From IMG/VR virus record IMGVR_UViG_2541047739_000012: 41,441 nucleotides of DNA, one strand, 5' to 3'. Within the stretch, counting starts at the first letter, position 1, and each line of letters starts with the position of its first letter. Below are positions 27,876 through 35,671 of this stretch, in pieces. Made by a program: the position numbers and the translations under genes. Below the pieces are notes generated by a model. That model did not search any database, was not told where the DNA came from, and saw only the letters and a program-made list of their open reading frames with translations. Origin of the DNA: a virus (lineage: Duplodnaviria > Heunggongvirae > Uroviricota > Caudoviricetes).

Positions 27876-28931
27876 TCATGCTTTCCACTTCAGGACACCC
27901 GAATTTCTCGCGTGCATTAAAAAACGAATCAGCAACAACAGCTGGCTGCCGTGTTTTTCTTCAAAATCTTTTACCCCGGCGTGCAGTTCGTTATGACATT
28001 TACGGCACAGCGGAATAACAAACAAATCATCAGCCTTTGTTCCCATCCCTCCCAGTCCATGACCAATGATGTGATGCGGATCATCTGCCTGATTGCCACA
28101 CGTCATGCATTTCTGCGTTTTTACCCAACGCGTGTATACAGGCATCTCTTCCCGTTGTGATTTCTGGCGCTGGAGATACTGAGCCGGTGACTCCGGATCA
28201 ACGGCAATGCTGACCACCGTCTTTTCCTGTGGCGGGTTTTGCTGGTGGGCGTGAGGCAGCGGCGCAAGATTTTTTGTGCGCTGCTTCAGTATGCTGGCGG
28301 CGGTCTGCTCTCCCGGTACGATGTCGCTTTCACGGTACATTGAGCGGATTTTTTCCGCACGCAACCCCAGCGAACGACGTAATACCGCTTCCGGTAGCGC
28401 GTCCGCCACCTGATTGCGGACCGCCCACCAGGATAATTCAGCCAGAGATAATTCACGCTCCTGCGTACCGCTTATTGCGTGACCGATGACGTCAATCATC
28501 CATGCTGACAGGTTTTGATGAGCAAGTTGCTCGAGTGATTCGGATGTCTGGTCACGCAGCTGGTTGTCGCAGTGCCAGCACAACACCATTGCGCCGGTAC
28601 CATAACGGTGAATAACGGTTTCGCTGTGATGATAATCGCCGTGTGGCCACTGGCAGGATTTAATATGGCGCAACAGCCAGTCAGACAATGCACCAGCACC
28701 ACCAGCAGCACGAATTACCCGTGCGTTACTGAAAAACGGCAGCAATGTTTTGTCTTCCACCAGCGGCTGGCGAACGGCAGGAACGACCCCGGACGGCAGA
28801 TTACGCATGCTTTTCGGTTCCGGCTCCACCAGTACCCGGGTATTGTGAAATACCGGCATGGATTCACGGCCCGGCTTAACGACCACCAGCCCGAGTTCCG
28901 GTACCAGAACAGGTCGAAGTAATACCCGCAC
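27876..28931 (-). CDS. DUF968-like nin-region protein with C-terminal Cys/His motif
   Basis: 351-aa ORF (GTG at 28929-28931; alternative ATG 24 codons in); C-terminal CMTCGNQADDPHHIIGHG...CRKCHNELH resembles an HNH/zinc-binding module; gene order resembles the Qin prophage quuQ-ydfU block. Confidence 0.55.
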   Translation of the reverse strand: MRVLLRPVLVPELGLVVVKPGRESMPVFHNTRVLVEPEPKSMRNLPSGVVPAVRQPLVEDKTLLPFFSNARVIRAAGGAGALSDWLLRHIKSCQWPHGDYHHSETVIHRYGTGAMVLCWHCDNQLRDQTSESLEQLAHQNLSAWMIDVIGHAISGTQERELSLAELSWWAVRNQVADALPEAVLRRSLGLRAEKIRSMYRESDIVPGEQTAASILKQRTKNLAPLPHAHQQNPPQEKTVVSIAVDPESPAQYLQRQKSQREEMPVYTRWVKTQKCMTCGNQADDPHHIIGHGLGGMGTKADDLFVIPLCRKCHNELHAGVKDFEEKHGSQLLLLIRFLMHARNSGVLKWKA

Positions 28932-28932
28932 G

Positions 28933-29211
28933 TTACCTCCAGATGCGTTGCTGGAATGTGCGAGACGGACGCGGTGGGCGTTCAGAGTAAGGAAGCCTGA
29001 CGGAGATTATCCAGTGACGATAATCGAGGCTGAGGGCTTTCTTAATCTCGTATCCGTGTCTGCGGTAGCACTGAATTAGCCACTCGGCCTGCTCTTCAGT
29101 GCATGGGTCATGCTGGAACCAGTCAGATTTGAAAGTGCGGGAACGCCGCCCGTGCCTGCTGGCAAAGACGGCAGAATCATAAGAATTGTGTAATTTGGTA
29201 TCGTGCGCCAT
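28933..29211 (-). CDS. hypothetical nin-region protein
   Basis: ORF track 28933..29292; ATG at 29209-29211 (MAHDTKLHN...) gives 92 aa; stop abuts the next gene's start. Confidence 0.45.
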   Translation of the reverse strand: MAHDTKLHNSYDSAVFASRHGRRSRTFKSDWFQHDPCTEEQAEWLIQCYRRHGYEIKKALSLDYRHWIISVRLPYSERPPRPSRTFQQRIWR

Positions 29212-29283
29212 CGGTTGTCTCTGCTGGCGCAGCAGGTGCCAGTTGTTCAGGCTGGCGTGCGAATTGTAAACCAGAATGCCAGG

Positions 29284-29309
29284 AAAAAACAAAACCCGCC
29301 GAAGCGGGT
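29284..29309 (-). terminator. intrinsic terminator downstream of the lipoprotein gene
   Basis: Minus strand: stem ACCCGC / GCGGGT with TTCG-type tetraloop, followed by TTTTGTTTTTT. Confidence 0.6.
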
Positions 29310-29507
29310 ATGCTAAAACAAACTGAAAGTAATATACCGGACTTGTAAAGGAACGATAGAATAATTATTGGATTAAACCCTGACTCAATCCAGATTTCAT
29401 AGGCAACAACTACGGACTAATCATCACAGTCATGTTTGATAGGCTTAGTCCGCATTGGGTGAGGGTTTACGGCGTTTTCACTAATAATTTATCGTCCAAG
29501 CTATACA

Positions 29508-29900
29508 CTACTGCCCTGTTTTAACGAAGTTTTTAAAGGAAACAACTGCCTGATAGGGGTTTGGTTGACAGCCAAACATATTATCGCAAAAAGGCTTGAT
29601 GAAAATTCTTGAGGATCCATCTTCATTTGGCATTTTACTCACTTGATAAGCGAGGAATGGACTATTTGGAGAGGGATTATAAGTGGAAATTAGCGTGTCT
29701 GTCGCCGTTTGAATTTTCCATGAGGAATTATTAGCCAACCAGAATTGCGCTCGTTTCCAATAAAAGTCACATTGCTTTTCATCATTACATGTTAGTGGCT
29801 TCATTGCTTCTGCTTTCAACGCTGGATCGACCTTTGCTGCACACCCTCCCAACATTACTGTTGCAATCATTACACCTGCGACTAAAACAAGTTTCTTCAT
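29508..29900 (-). CDS. lipoprotein (moron)
   Basis: 130-aa ORF with signal peptide and lipobox (MKKLVLVAGVMIATVMLGGC), several Cys; strong SD GGGAG; bracketed by terminator-like hairpins and AT-rich intergenic DNA. Confidence 0.7.
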   Translation of the reverse strand: MKKLVLVAGVMIATVMLGGCAAKVDPALKAEAMKPLTCNDEKQCDFYWKRAQFWLANNSSWKIQTATDTLISTYNPSPNSPFLAYQVSKMPNEDGSSRIFIKPFCDNMFGCQPNPYQAVVSFKNFVKTGQ

Positions 29901-30043
29901 CTCCCTGCCCCATCAATAAAAGTTCGGTTCTCTAATAACTAGAGTTAATCAACGGAAAAAACGCCGAAGCGGGTTAAGTGCGGGTGCGTTGAGGATGCCT
30001 GACACATCAGAGGTGGCGAGGGATTTCTCCCCCGCCTGGTCTC

Positions 30044-30199
30044 TTACTCCTCAGGTTCGTAAGCTGTGAAGACAGCGACCTCCGTCTGGCCGGTTCGGAT
30101 TCGTACCTCGCAGAGGTCTTTCCTCGTTACCAGTGCCGTCACTATGACGGTTAAACAGATGACGATCAGGGCGATTAACATCGCCTTTTGCTGCTTCAT
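30044..30199 (-). CDS. hok: Hok/Gef-family type I toxin
   Basis: 51-aa frame MKQQKAMLIALIVICLTVIVTALVTRKDLCEVRIRTGQTEVAVFTAYEPEE; single TM plus the conserved RKDLCEV motif. Confidence 0.85.
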   Translation of the reverse strand: MKQQKAMLIALIVICLTVIVTALVTRKDLCEVRIRTGQTEVAVFTAYEPEE

Positions 30200-30256
30200 A
30201 GCCTGCTTCTCCTTGCCTTTCGGCACGTAAGAGGCTAACCTAGATTTGCCGTTCAT
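30044..30256 (-). CDS. mok: Mok-like leader frame (in-frame N-terminal extension of hok)
   Basis: 70-aa ORF from ATG 30254-30256 encompassing hok in frame, as for chromosomal mok/hok pairs. Confidence 0.55.
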   Translation of the reverse strand: MNGKSRLASYVPKGKEKQAMKQQKAMLIALIVICLTVIVTALVTRKDLCEVRIRTGQTEVAVFTAYEPEE

Positions 30257-30490
30257 AGATTGAGCCTCAGATTAATGTTAAGCGTCTTGCAGGACGCGTA
30301 ATGTTAACTGGGGCTTTTCTCTATCTGCCTTTTGGTGTTCATGCCTGAGACAGATAGCCTCAAGCACCCGCTGCAATTCTACTTAACTCTCCTTTTCCCG
30401 CAAACCGTTTTTATCCCCAGCGGCAAATCGAATACACCACCAGCGCCACAGCCATTGCGATTCCTGCCGTTGTAAATGCCTCAGGCCAGG

Positions 30491-31006
30491 TCATCGTAAA
30501 ACATCCTCCACGCTTATCAGTCCATTTCGTTTCAGGTAATCCATCGCCATCTCCGGTAATTTGCAGTCTGGATTAGCTTTTTTCAGTTGACTGACCAGTC
30601 GTTTAACCCACATTGTTAATTCGCCAACCTGATTACTGGATGCTAGTGGATTGTCGGCTTTACCCAGAATGACAGCACAGCAGGCCTCTTTGAGTACCCA
30701 ATCAACAGCATCTTTCCATGCTCCTGTTTCGACTGGTGGATTCTCACGCTTTACCTGTTCATAAAAGCGCACGGCTTTAACCAGTCCTTCTGATATCACA
30801 GGGACTGGCGGGGTAGTGAATAAGGCCTGAATCTCATAGCCCGGCCTGTCGTTGCACCCCTCTTTTGTCGGTACATATTTCCAGTCACCAACCCACATCT
30901 TCTCCTGAAAGTCCGTAACGCCTTTTTTCACGTAGCGATATCGCCATGCAACTGGTTTTGCCTGCCCTGCCGTTTCATGCCCTTCCTGATAATTAATCTC
31001 GCTCAT
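30491..31006 (-). CDS. hypothetical early protein
   Basis: 171-aa ORF (MSEINYQEG...), ATG overlaps the upstream stop (ATGA); no motif recognised. Confidence 0.55.
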   Translation of the reverse strand: MSEINYQEGHETAGQAKPVAWRYRYVKKGVTDFQEKMWVGDWKYVPTKEGCNDRPGYEIQALFTTPPVPVISEGLVKAVRFYEQVKRENPPVETGAWKDAVDWVLKEACCAVILGKADNPLASSNQVGELTMWVKRLVSQLKKANPDCKLPEMAMDYLKRNGLISVEDVLR

Positions 31007-31179
31007 TCATCGCCCCACTCATCACAATATGCTTCGACCGGAGTTTTTCCTGCTTCGTAGTCATCACGCCAGGCTTCAGCATCAGCAGCACTTCCACCAC
31101 GTAACTCTGCATAGTCCATTAACAGTTCATGCCATTCTTCAAAACTGACGTTGTATTTAGTTGAACCAAAATCAGCCAT
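31003..31179 (-). CDS. small acidic protein (58 aa), not in the ORF track
   Basis: ATG 31177-31179 to TGA 31003-31005, translating MADFGSTKYNVSFEEWHELLMDYAELRGGSAADAEAWRDDYEAGKTPVEAYCDEWGDE; overlaps both neighbours. Confidence 0.5.
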   Translation of the reverse strand: MADFGSTKYNVSFEEWHELLMDYAELRGGSAADAEAWRDDYEAGKTPVEAYCDEWGDE

Positions 31180-31354
31180 TTTGTTCTTCCTCTTCGTCTT
31201 TTATTTCGTGATATGAGTAATTGCAGTAGTTAAAGAAAATTTCTTTTGCTTCGTCATGAATTTCATCAGGTGTTGCGTCATCGTCCACTTCGAATACATC
31301 CTCAAAATCTCCACCAGCTATTCCCGTTTCAATAATTATTTTGAACTTTCGCAT
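31172..31354 (-). CDS. small acidic protein (60 aa)
   Basis: ATG 31352-31354 with SD AGGGTGG; sequence rich in Asp/Glu (DFEDVFEVDDDATPDEIHDEAKE...KDEEEEQNG). Confidence 0.5.
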   Translation of the reverse strand: MRKFKIIIETGIAGGDFEDVFEVDDDATPDEIHDEAKEIFFNYCNYSYHEIKDEEEEQNG

Positions 31355-31447
31355 TTCACTACCACCCTTTCGGGTGGCCTCCTGCTGTTCTGAGGGTGCA
31401 GAAATCCCTCCGGTTAAGGATTAAATTTTTAACAGTGCTAAATTTAA

Positions 31448-31804
31448 TTATTCAGTTCTGGATTTTGTCACCCTGCGTATCCGTGCTTTCGCATTACGCT
31501 CAATCTGAATTAGCTTTTCTATATTTTTTCGCCTTTCCTGTTCCTCCTGGCGCAATAGTTTTACATCATCTGCCAGTCTGGTTTCTCTTTTCGCCACAGA
31601 GAGCATCCAGTCAAATGGCTCCACAACTGCACCGCAGATTTTACAGCGGACCTGACGCTCTTTTTCGTCAACCCGGACAGAAGCGTGATGGCAGTATGGT
31701 CTTTCCGATGGCTCATAAAGAAAATTAACCTGATTACGTGGGTCATCCTCTTTTACCGGAAATAAAACAATATTACTTAACTCATCTTCTGGTTTTATTT
31801 CCAT
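31448..31804 (-). CDS. hypothetical protein with Cys/His zinc-ribbon-like motif
   Basis: ORF track 31448..31861 (GTG); ATG at 31802-31804 (MEIKPEDEL...) has a strong SD AAGGAGAGGAG; motif CHH...CKICG. Confidence 0.5.
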   Translation of the reverse strand: MEIKPEDELSNIVLFPVKEDDPRNQVNFLYEPSERPYCHHASVRVDEKERQVRCKICGAVVEPFDWMLSVAKRETRLADDVKLLRQEEQERRKNIEKLIQIERNAKARIRRVTKSRTE

Positions 31805-31861
31805 GCTCCTCTCCTTTGATGCGAATGCCAGCGGCAATTGAAGCCTGATAGCTAATTTCAC

Positions 31862-32284
31862 TTACAGTACCGCCTCCTGAAAATTACCCTGATAGAAAGC
31901 CAGTACACGCTGCATAGCTTCGCTCTTCCGGCACTCGCGACAGATTATATTCAGGCGCCTGTCGTAGCGGCGTATTTCTCCGTCTGGTAATGACCAGATA
32001 AGGTCCGGATCAACCGCAGATGGTTTCTTCGGCTTTGCCCTTGAGAGCTTTTTACGGGCATTTTGCCAGTCCTTACGCGCCTGTTCAGACGGGAATAACC
32101 CGTAACCAGAGTTGTATACATCGCCACTGGCAACCAGCTCTCTGGCCAGAACGCTCATCAGATATCTTGTTGCCCCAGTTTTAGTTTCCAGTTGTCGTAA
32201 CGTCTCGCGCCCACTCTGGCGTACGAGTTCAACAACCTGCCCTTTAATTTTTTCCCGCTCTTCTTGTGTAAAAACTTTTGCCAC
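31862..32284 (-). CDS. hypothetical early protein downstream of the replication gene
   Basis: 140-aa ORF with GTG start preceded by AGGAGGG; basic, with CRECRK near the C-terminus. Confidence 0.5.
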   Translation of the reverse strand: MAKVFTQEEREKIKGQVVELVRQSGRETLRQLETKTGATRYLMSVLARELVASGDVYNSGYGLFPSEQARKDWQNARKKLSRAKPKKPSAVDPDLIWSLPDGEIRRYDRRLNIICRECRKSEAMQRVLAFYQGNFQEAVL

Positions 32285-32324
32285 AAGCCCTCCTGAAAAT
32301 TACCTCATGACCAGAAATTAACAC

Positions 32325-33395
32325 TTACCCCCTGAAGCCCGGCGGAATTTCGTTATCCGGTTCAGAAATATGATTCACACAACGCTGGTTGTTCGTGCCG
32401 CTTACCGGGAGCAACCAGGGGTTCTCAAAATTCCGGTCCGGTCCAAAAAACGTCGTCGCTCGCTGAACAAATTCCGTTCCCGTTTTCCCGGTAGCCGCCA
32501 AGTATCTTGCGTAACGCCTCACGCCATCCAGCATGGCCTCTGGTGGCACCCCCTCGCGTAATCTGGCCTTCCAGGCACTGAAAGCGGATTTCTTCGGGTT
32601 TGCTCCGGCACGCAACGGGTACTCCCGCCAGACCTGTTCGAACACATCCGGATAATCCACTCGTCCCACAGACTGCCCGGTGCTTTCCGGGACTACCCGA
32701 TCGGCTTCCCGCTGAATGGCGGAATCGGCTTCAGGCTGCTGCAGTTGGTGTGATTGCTCCGGCCTTGCGGTCATCACCTGCTGCACAGCGCCCGAATCGG
32801 CTTTCAGCGCATACGCTGAATCGGCTTCCGGTGTCGTGCCTGCTGGCTGACCAGGATTGACGGTCTGAACATCCCCTGCCTGGTTCGTGGCGTTTTTTAC
32901 GCCATGGACCATAGTGTTTTGATCTTCTTGATCTGTATCTTTATCTGTATCTTTATCTGTCGTGACTCGTCGTGACATGTGCGTGACATTTCGTGACGCG
33001 CCGTGACAATCGCCATTTTGTTCCCGCTTTCTTTCCCTCTCTCGCTGCGCCCTCTTGCGCTCTGCAGGAGATTTTGCGGTTTGCGAAATATTGCCGTTGT
33101 CCTCTTTAAGCACCTGGCGTTTTTCCCATCCAGTGATTAAATCACCATCAAGTACCCGCCCCTGCATCGTCTGCAAAATTGAATCAATTACCTCTTCTGT
33201 CACGTCGAGCGCACTTGCCAAATCTTCTGTCGTGACATCAATGTGACCTCGCGTGACATTTCGTGACGCGCTCACCAGGAGGTGGATATACACTGCCATC
33301 ACTGTTGCAATTGGCTGCCCTGACACCCTGGCAATTGTTCGCCACTTAGGGTCATTTGGCATGTCATGCCATAATCTGAGCCAGGCGTTAGCCAT
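32325..33395 (-). CDS. replication initiation protein (O-like) with origin iterons inside the gene
   Basis: ORF track 32325..33401; ATG at 33393-33395 (MANAWLRLWHDMPNDPKWRTIARVSG...) with SD AGAGGTGAG; contains two iteron clusters in its coding sequence; sits in the lambda O position after the CII-like gene. Confidence 0.6.
   Translation of the reverse strand: MANAWLRLWHDMPNDPKWRTIARVSGQPIATVMAVYIHLLVSASRNVTRGHIDVTTEDLASALDVTEEVIDSILQTMQGRVLDGDLITGWEKRQVLKEDNGNISQTAKSPAERKRAQRERERKREQNGDCHGASRNVTHMSRRVTTDKDTDKDTDQEDQNTMVHGVKNATNQAGDVQTVNPGQPAGTTPEADSAYALKADSGAVQQVMTARPEQSHQLQQPEADSAIQREADRVVPESTGQSVGRVDYPDVFEQVWREYPLRAGANPKKSAFSAWKARLREGVPPEAMLDGVRRYARYLAATGKTGTEFVQRATTFFGPDRNFENPWLLPVSGTNNQRCVNHISEPDNEIPPGFRG
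32921..33007. repeat. origin-like repeats: AT-rich tandem repeat plus five ~10-bp-spaced CGTGAC iterons
   Basis: atctgtatcttt repeated 2.5 times (32931-32960), then CGTGAC at 32961, 32971, 32982, 32992 and 33002 (spacing 10-11 bp). Confidence 0.65.
33229..33270. repeat. second iteron cluster (GTGAC repeats)
   Basis: CGTGAC/TGTGAC at 33231, 33243, 33252 and 33262; the 20-mer gcgtgacatttcgtgacgcg is repeated exactly from the first cluster (32981-33000 and 33251-33270). Confidence 0.65.
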
Positions 33396-33466
33396 ACTCA
33401 CCTCTTTTGATACCGAATCTTTTTACTCACAAATTGCCGGAAGTGATCCGGTATGAATATTGCGAG

Positions 33467-33892
33467 TCAATGCACAGCCACAATATTTCCTGCAGGGCCA
33501 CCACGATTCATCTGGTTGAAACCAGCGATCGCCACTGCGACAAAATCATCAGCGTCTCTCACCAGTCGTTCCCGCGTCTCCACTAGTTCCCGAAAATAGG
33601 CTGAGCTATGACTGCGCATTCGGGCCACCAGCAGAGGTGGCATTGCTTTTTCGATAGCTGGTAACAACGCCTGAATTTTTTTAACCGCATCAGGGGTGTC
33701 TTTCTCCACCCAGCGGAAAATTTTCTGAGTATTGCGAGCCAGGGCTTCCGGATGGCTGTCGTCATACAGTTCCGGGAACGTCATTCCCAGCTCGAAATAC
33801 GCTTTGGTAATTTTCGCAGCCGGTACTTTTTCGCCGTCCGGATGCGCCCAGGCATTCATCGCCATGCGGATATGTTCATGTTTGATTTTCAT
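33467..33892 (-). CDS. CII-like early regulator (YdaT-like)
   Basis: 141-aa ORF MKIKHEHIRMAMNAW..., ATG overlaps the cro-like stop (ATGA); recalled resemblance to Rac YdaT; occupies the cII position. Confidence 0.5.
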   Translation of the reverse strand: MKIKHEHIRMAMNAWAHPDGEKVPAAKITKAYFELGMTFPELYDDSHPEALARNTQKIFRWVEKDTPDAVKKIQALLPAIEKAMPPLLVARMRSHSSAYFRELVETRERLVRDADDFVAVAIAGFNQMNRGGPAGNIVAVH

Positions 33893-34116
33893 GAATCACT
33901 CTTCCTTTTGTCCCGGGTGGTATCCTTCTTTTTGTAAAGCTCTGGGTTCAAAGATAATTTTCCCTTGGAGTATGCAGCAGCTTCCGCAGCTCTCCCTTTC
34001 GGAACTATTTCACCGGGGCGCTTACGCCACATGTAAATAGCTTCGCGGGTTATCCCATAAAAATCAGCGACCCTCTGAACAGAGCCAAAAAACTGAACAA
34101 GTTCATCAACTCGCAT
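33889..34116 (-). CDS. cro: Cro-like HTH repressor (YdaS-like)
   Basis: 75-aa ORF with helix-turn-helix (FYGITREAIYMWRKR), ATG 34114-34116 with SD AGGAGAG; divergent from the cI-like gene. Confidence 0.65.
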   Translation of the reverse strand: MRVDELVQFFGSVQRVADFYGITREAIYMWRKRPGEIVPKGRAAEAAAYSKGKLSLNPELYKKKDTTRDKRKSDS

Positions 34117-34212
34117 TTTACTCTCCTAAAATCTAAGTATTTTTAGATTACAGGATAATTTTTTTTAGGTCAATGCAATCTAAAATAATTTATATTCAAC
34201 TCGCGGGAGAAA
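34117..34212. promoter_or_regulatory. immunity switch region: divergent promoters and operators
   Basis: Palindromic operator AATCTAA-gtattt-TTAGATT (34129-34148) and a weaker second site; minus-strand TTGACC-17-TAATCT promoter for cro overlapping the operator; plus-strand -10 TATATT upstream of cI. Confidence 0.55.
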
Positions 34213-34860
34213 ATGATGGAAAGCCTTGGCATCAGGCTTAAGAAACTCAGAAAAGATAAGGGACTCACCCAAGTAGAACTGGGTAAGCTTTCAGGCGTGA
34301 CTGGGGTTACTATAGGGTACTGGGAGAAAGATCTAAACGAACCCGGCAGCAAAGCTCTAAGTAAGTTAGCCCAGGCATTAGGAACTACTGAGTCCTATCT
34401 CCTGTATGGAGTATCGTCTCCTGAACTATCTTTTGTGCAGAGCAATCCAGGCACCAAGATCCCCTACTTTTCGTGGGGTGACGCGATTTCTTTCCTAATC
34501 TTAGAAGGAGAGAAAACAATGGGAAATGTCGATAGGATCACCACATTCTTTGATGTAGTGGAAGGTGATTTTGCCGTTTCAATGCCTGATGACACTATGC
34601 ATAACCCCTCAGGGTCACCAAGTATCCCGGTTGGTGCCACTGTGATCCTAAGACCAGGAGAGAGTTATAAAAATGGCAGTATCGTCGCTGTAATAGTTCC
34701 AGATCCACTTACAAATGAACCGTCTATGACTATAAAAAAATTAGTTATTGATGGAAAACTTGTGTATTTAAGCCCTCTCAATCCGCGCTATCAATCATCC
34801 TTGCTTACGCCAGAGTGTAAAATTGTTGCCGTAGCAAAAGGTGTGCAGTTCAACCTATAA
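34213..34860 (+). CDS. cI: CI-like repressor (N-terminal HTH, C-terminal S24 LexA-like peptidase domain)
   Basis: 215-aa ORF; HTH (LTQVELGKLSGVTGVTIGYWE) and a C-terminal region with S24-type features; divergent from cro across the operator region. Confidence 0.75.
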   Translation: MMESLGIRLKKLRKDKGLTQVELGKLSGVTGVTIGYWEKDLNEPGSKALSKLAQALGTTESYLLYGVSSPELSFVQSNPGTKIPYFSWGDAISFLILEGEKTMGNVDRITTFFDVVEGDFAVSMPDDTMHNPSGSPSIPVGATVILRPGESYKNGSIVAVIVPDPLTNEPSMTIKKLVIDGKLVYLSPLNPRYQSSLLTPECKIVAVAKGVQFNL

Positions 34861-34882
34861 CCCTGCTATGTCCTTGAACTTA

Positions 34883-34908
34883 AGGTCGGTTATGCCGACC
34901 TTTTTTTT
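34883..34908 (+). terminator. intrinsic terminator after cI
   Basis: Stem GGTCGG / CCGACC with 5-nt loop, followed by TTTTTTTT. Confidence 0.75.
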
Positions 34909-34913
34909 AAATT

Positions 34914-34962
34914 AATTTAGATTCCCCTTGACTATAAAACTAAATACTTTTAGATTTATTGC
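34914..34962 (+). promoter_or_regulatory. PL-like early-left promoter with operator half-sites
   Basis: -35 TTGACT (34928-34933), 17-bp spacer, -10 TAGATT (34951-34956); TTTAGATT-type half-sites at 34916-34923 and 34949-34956 match the cI/cro operator arm. Confidence 0.5.
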
Positions 34963-35137
34963 ATACCAACCCACCCCGCCCCACAGAACGCCGGGCAATA
35001 CTTCGAGTTACCAGGCAGTGGTCAGGGGTTAAGTAGCCAGCCCGAGGCGTAAGAACATGACGGCAGGGTTCAACTTTAATAACTATGCAGCAGGTTTTTG
35101 TTCCGCTACCCCGGCGTTAAGGGGAAATGAGGTCAAC

Positions 35138-35293
35138 ATGGATACTATCGATCTTGGCAACAACGAATCTCTGGTGTACGGCGTGTTTCCCAACCAGGAC
35201 GGCACATTCACCGCGATGACGTATACCAAAAGCAAAACGTTTAAAACCGAAAATGGTGCCCGTCGCTGGCTGGAAAGAAACTCAGGTGAGTGA
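35138..35293 (+). CDS. small hypothetical early-left protein
   Basis: ORF track 35057..35293; internal ATG at 35138 has SD GAGG; 51 aa; first gene after the PL-like promoter. Confidence 0.4.
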   Translation: MDTIDLGNNESLVYGVFPNQDGTFTAMTYTKSKTFKTENGARRWLERNSGE

Positions 35294-35294
35294 T

Positions 35295-35423
35295 ATGGAT
35301 TTCGACACAATCATGGAAAAGGCTTACGAAGAATACTTCGAAGGCCTTGCCGAAGGCGAAGAAGCTCTCAGCTTCAGTGAGTTTAAACAGGCGCTTTCCA
35401 GCTCGGCAAAATCTAACGGCTGA
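35295..35423 (+). CDS. small acidic hypothetical protein (42 aa), not in the ORF track
   Basis: ATG at 35295 four nt after the upstream stop, with SD GGTGAG; translates MDFDTIMEKAYEEYFEGLAEGEEALSFSEFKQALSSSAKSNG. Confidence 0.35.
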   Translation: MDFDTIMEKAYEEYFEGLAEGEEALSFSEFKQALSSSAKSNG

Positions 35424-35452
35424 TAAGCGAAGCAGCACCGCGAGGAATCAGT

Positions 35453-35671
35453 ATGCAGAAACGAGAACCCGTCATCATCGCGCCAGACTATACCGATGAT
35501 GAACTTTATGAGTGGATGCGCCAGAAAATTAATGCAGCGCAGGATCTGAAATGGGCCAATGAAGCCAGGGCTAAGCAGGCTGAAAATCTGTCCGCTCTGG
35601 AGCAGGATATCACCAGGCTGGAAAAAGCAGCGGCATTAAGCATTGCCAGAATGATTACATACCCGCGTTAA
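35453..35671 (+). CDS. small hypothetical early-left protein
   Basis: 72-aa ORF with SD AGGAAT; predicted helical/coiled-coil (…LSALEQDITRLEKAAALS…). Confidence 0.45.
   Translation: MQKREPVIIAPDYTDDELYEWMRQKINAAQDLKWANEARAKQAENLSALEQDITRLEKAAALSIARMITYPR

Noticed and set aside
30491-31006. relB/relE toxin-antitoxin genes upstream of hok (as in the Qin relBEF operon)
   Set aside because: The genes upstream of hok here are a 171-aa protein and two acidic small proteins with no RelE/RelB-like sequence; hok appears to stand with its own mok leader.
32921-33007. Possible CRISPR-like array (regularly spaced short repeats)
   Set aside because: Repeats are only 6-7 bp at about 10-bp spacing with no spacers of CRISPR size, and lie inside the replication gene; they are origin iterons. 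No CRISPR array or cas gene was seen anywhere in the window.
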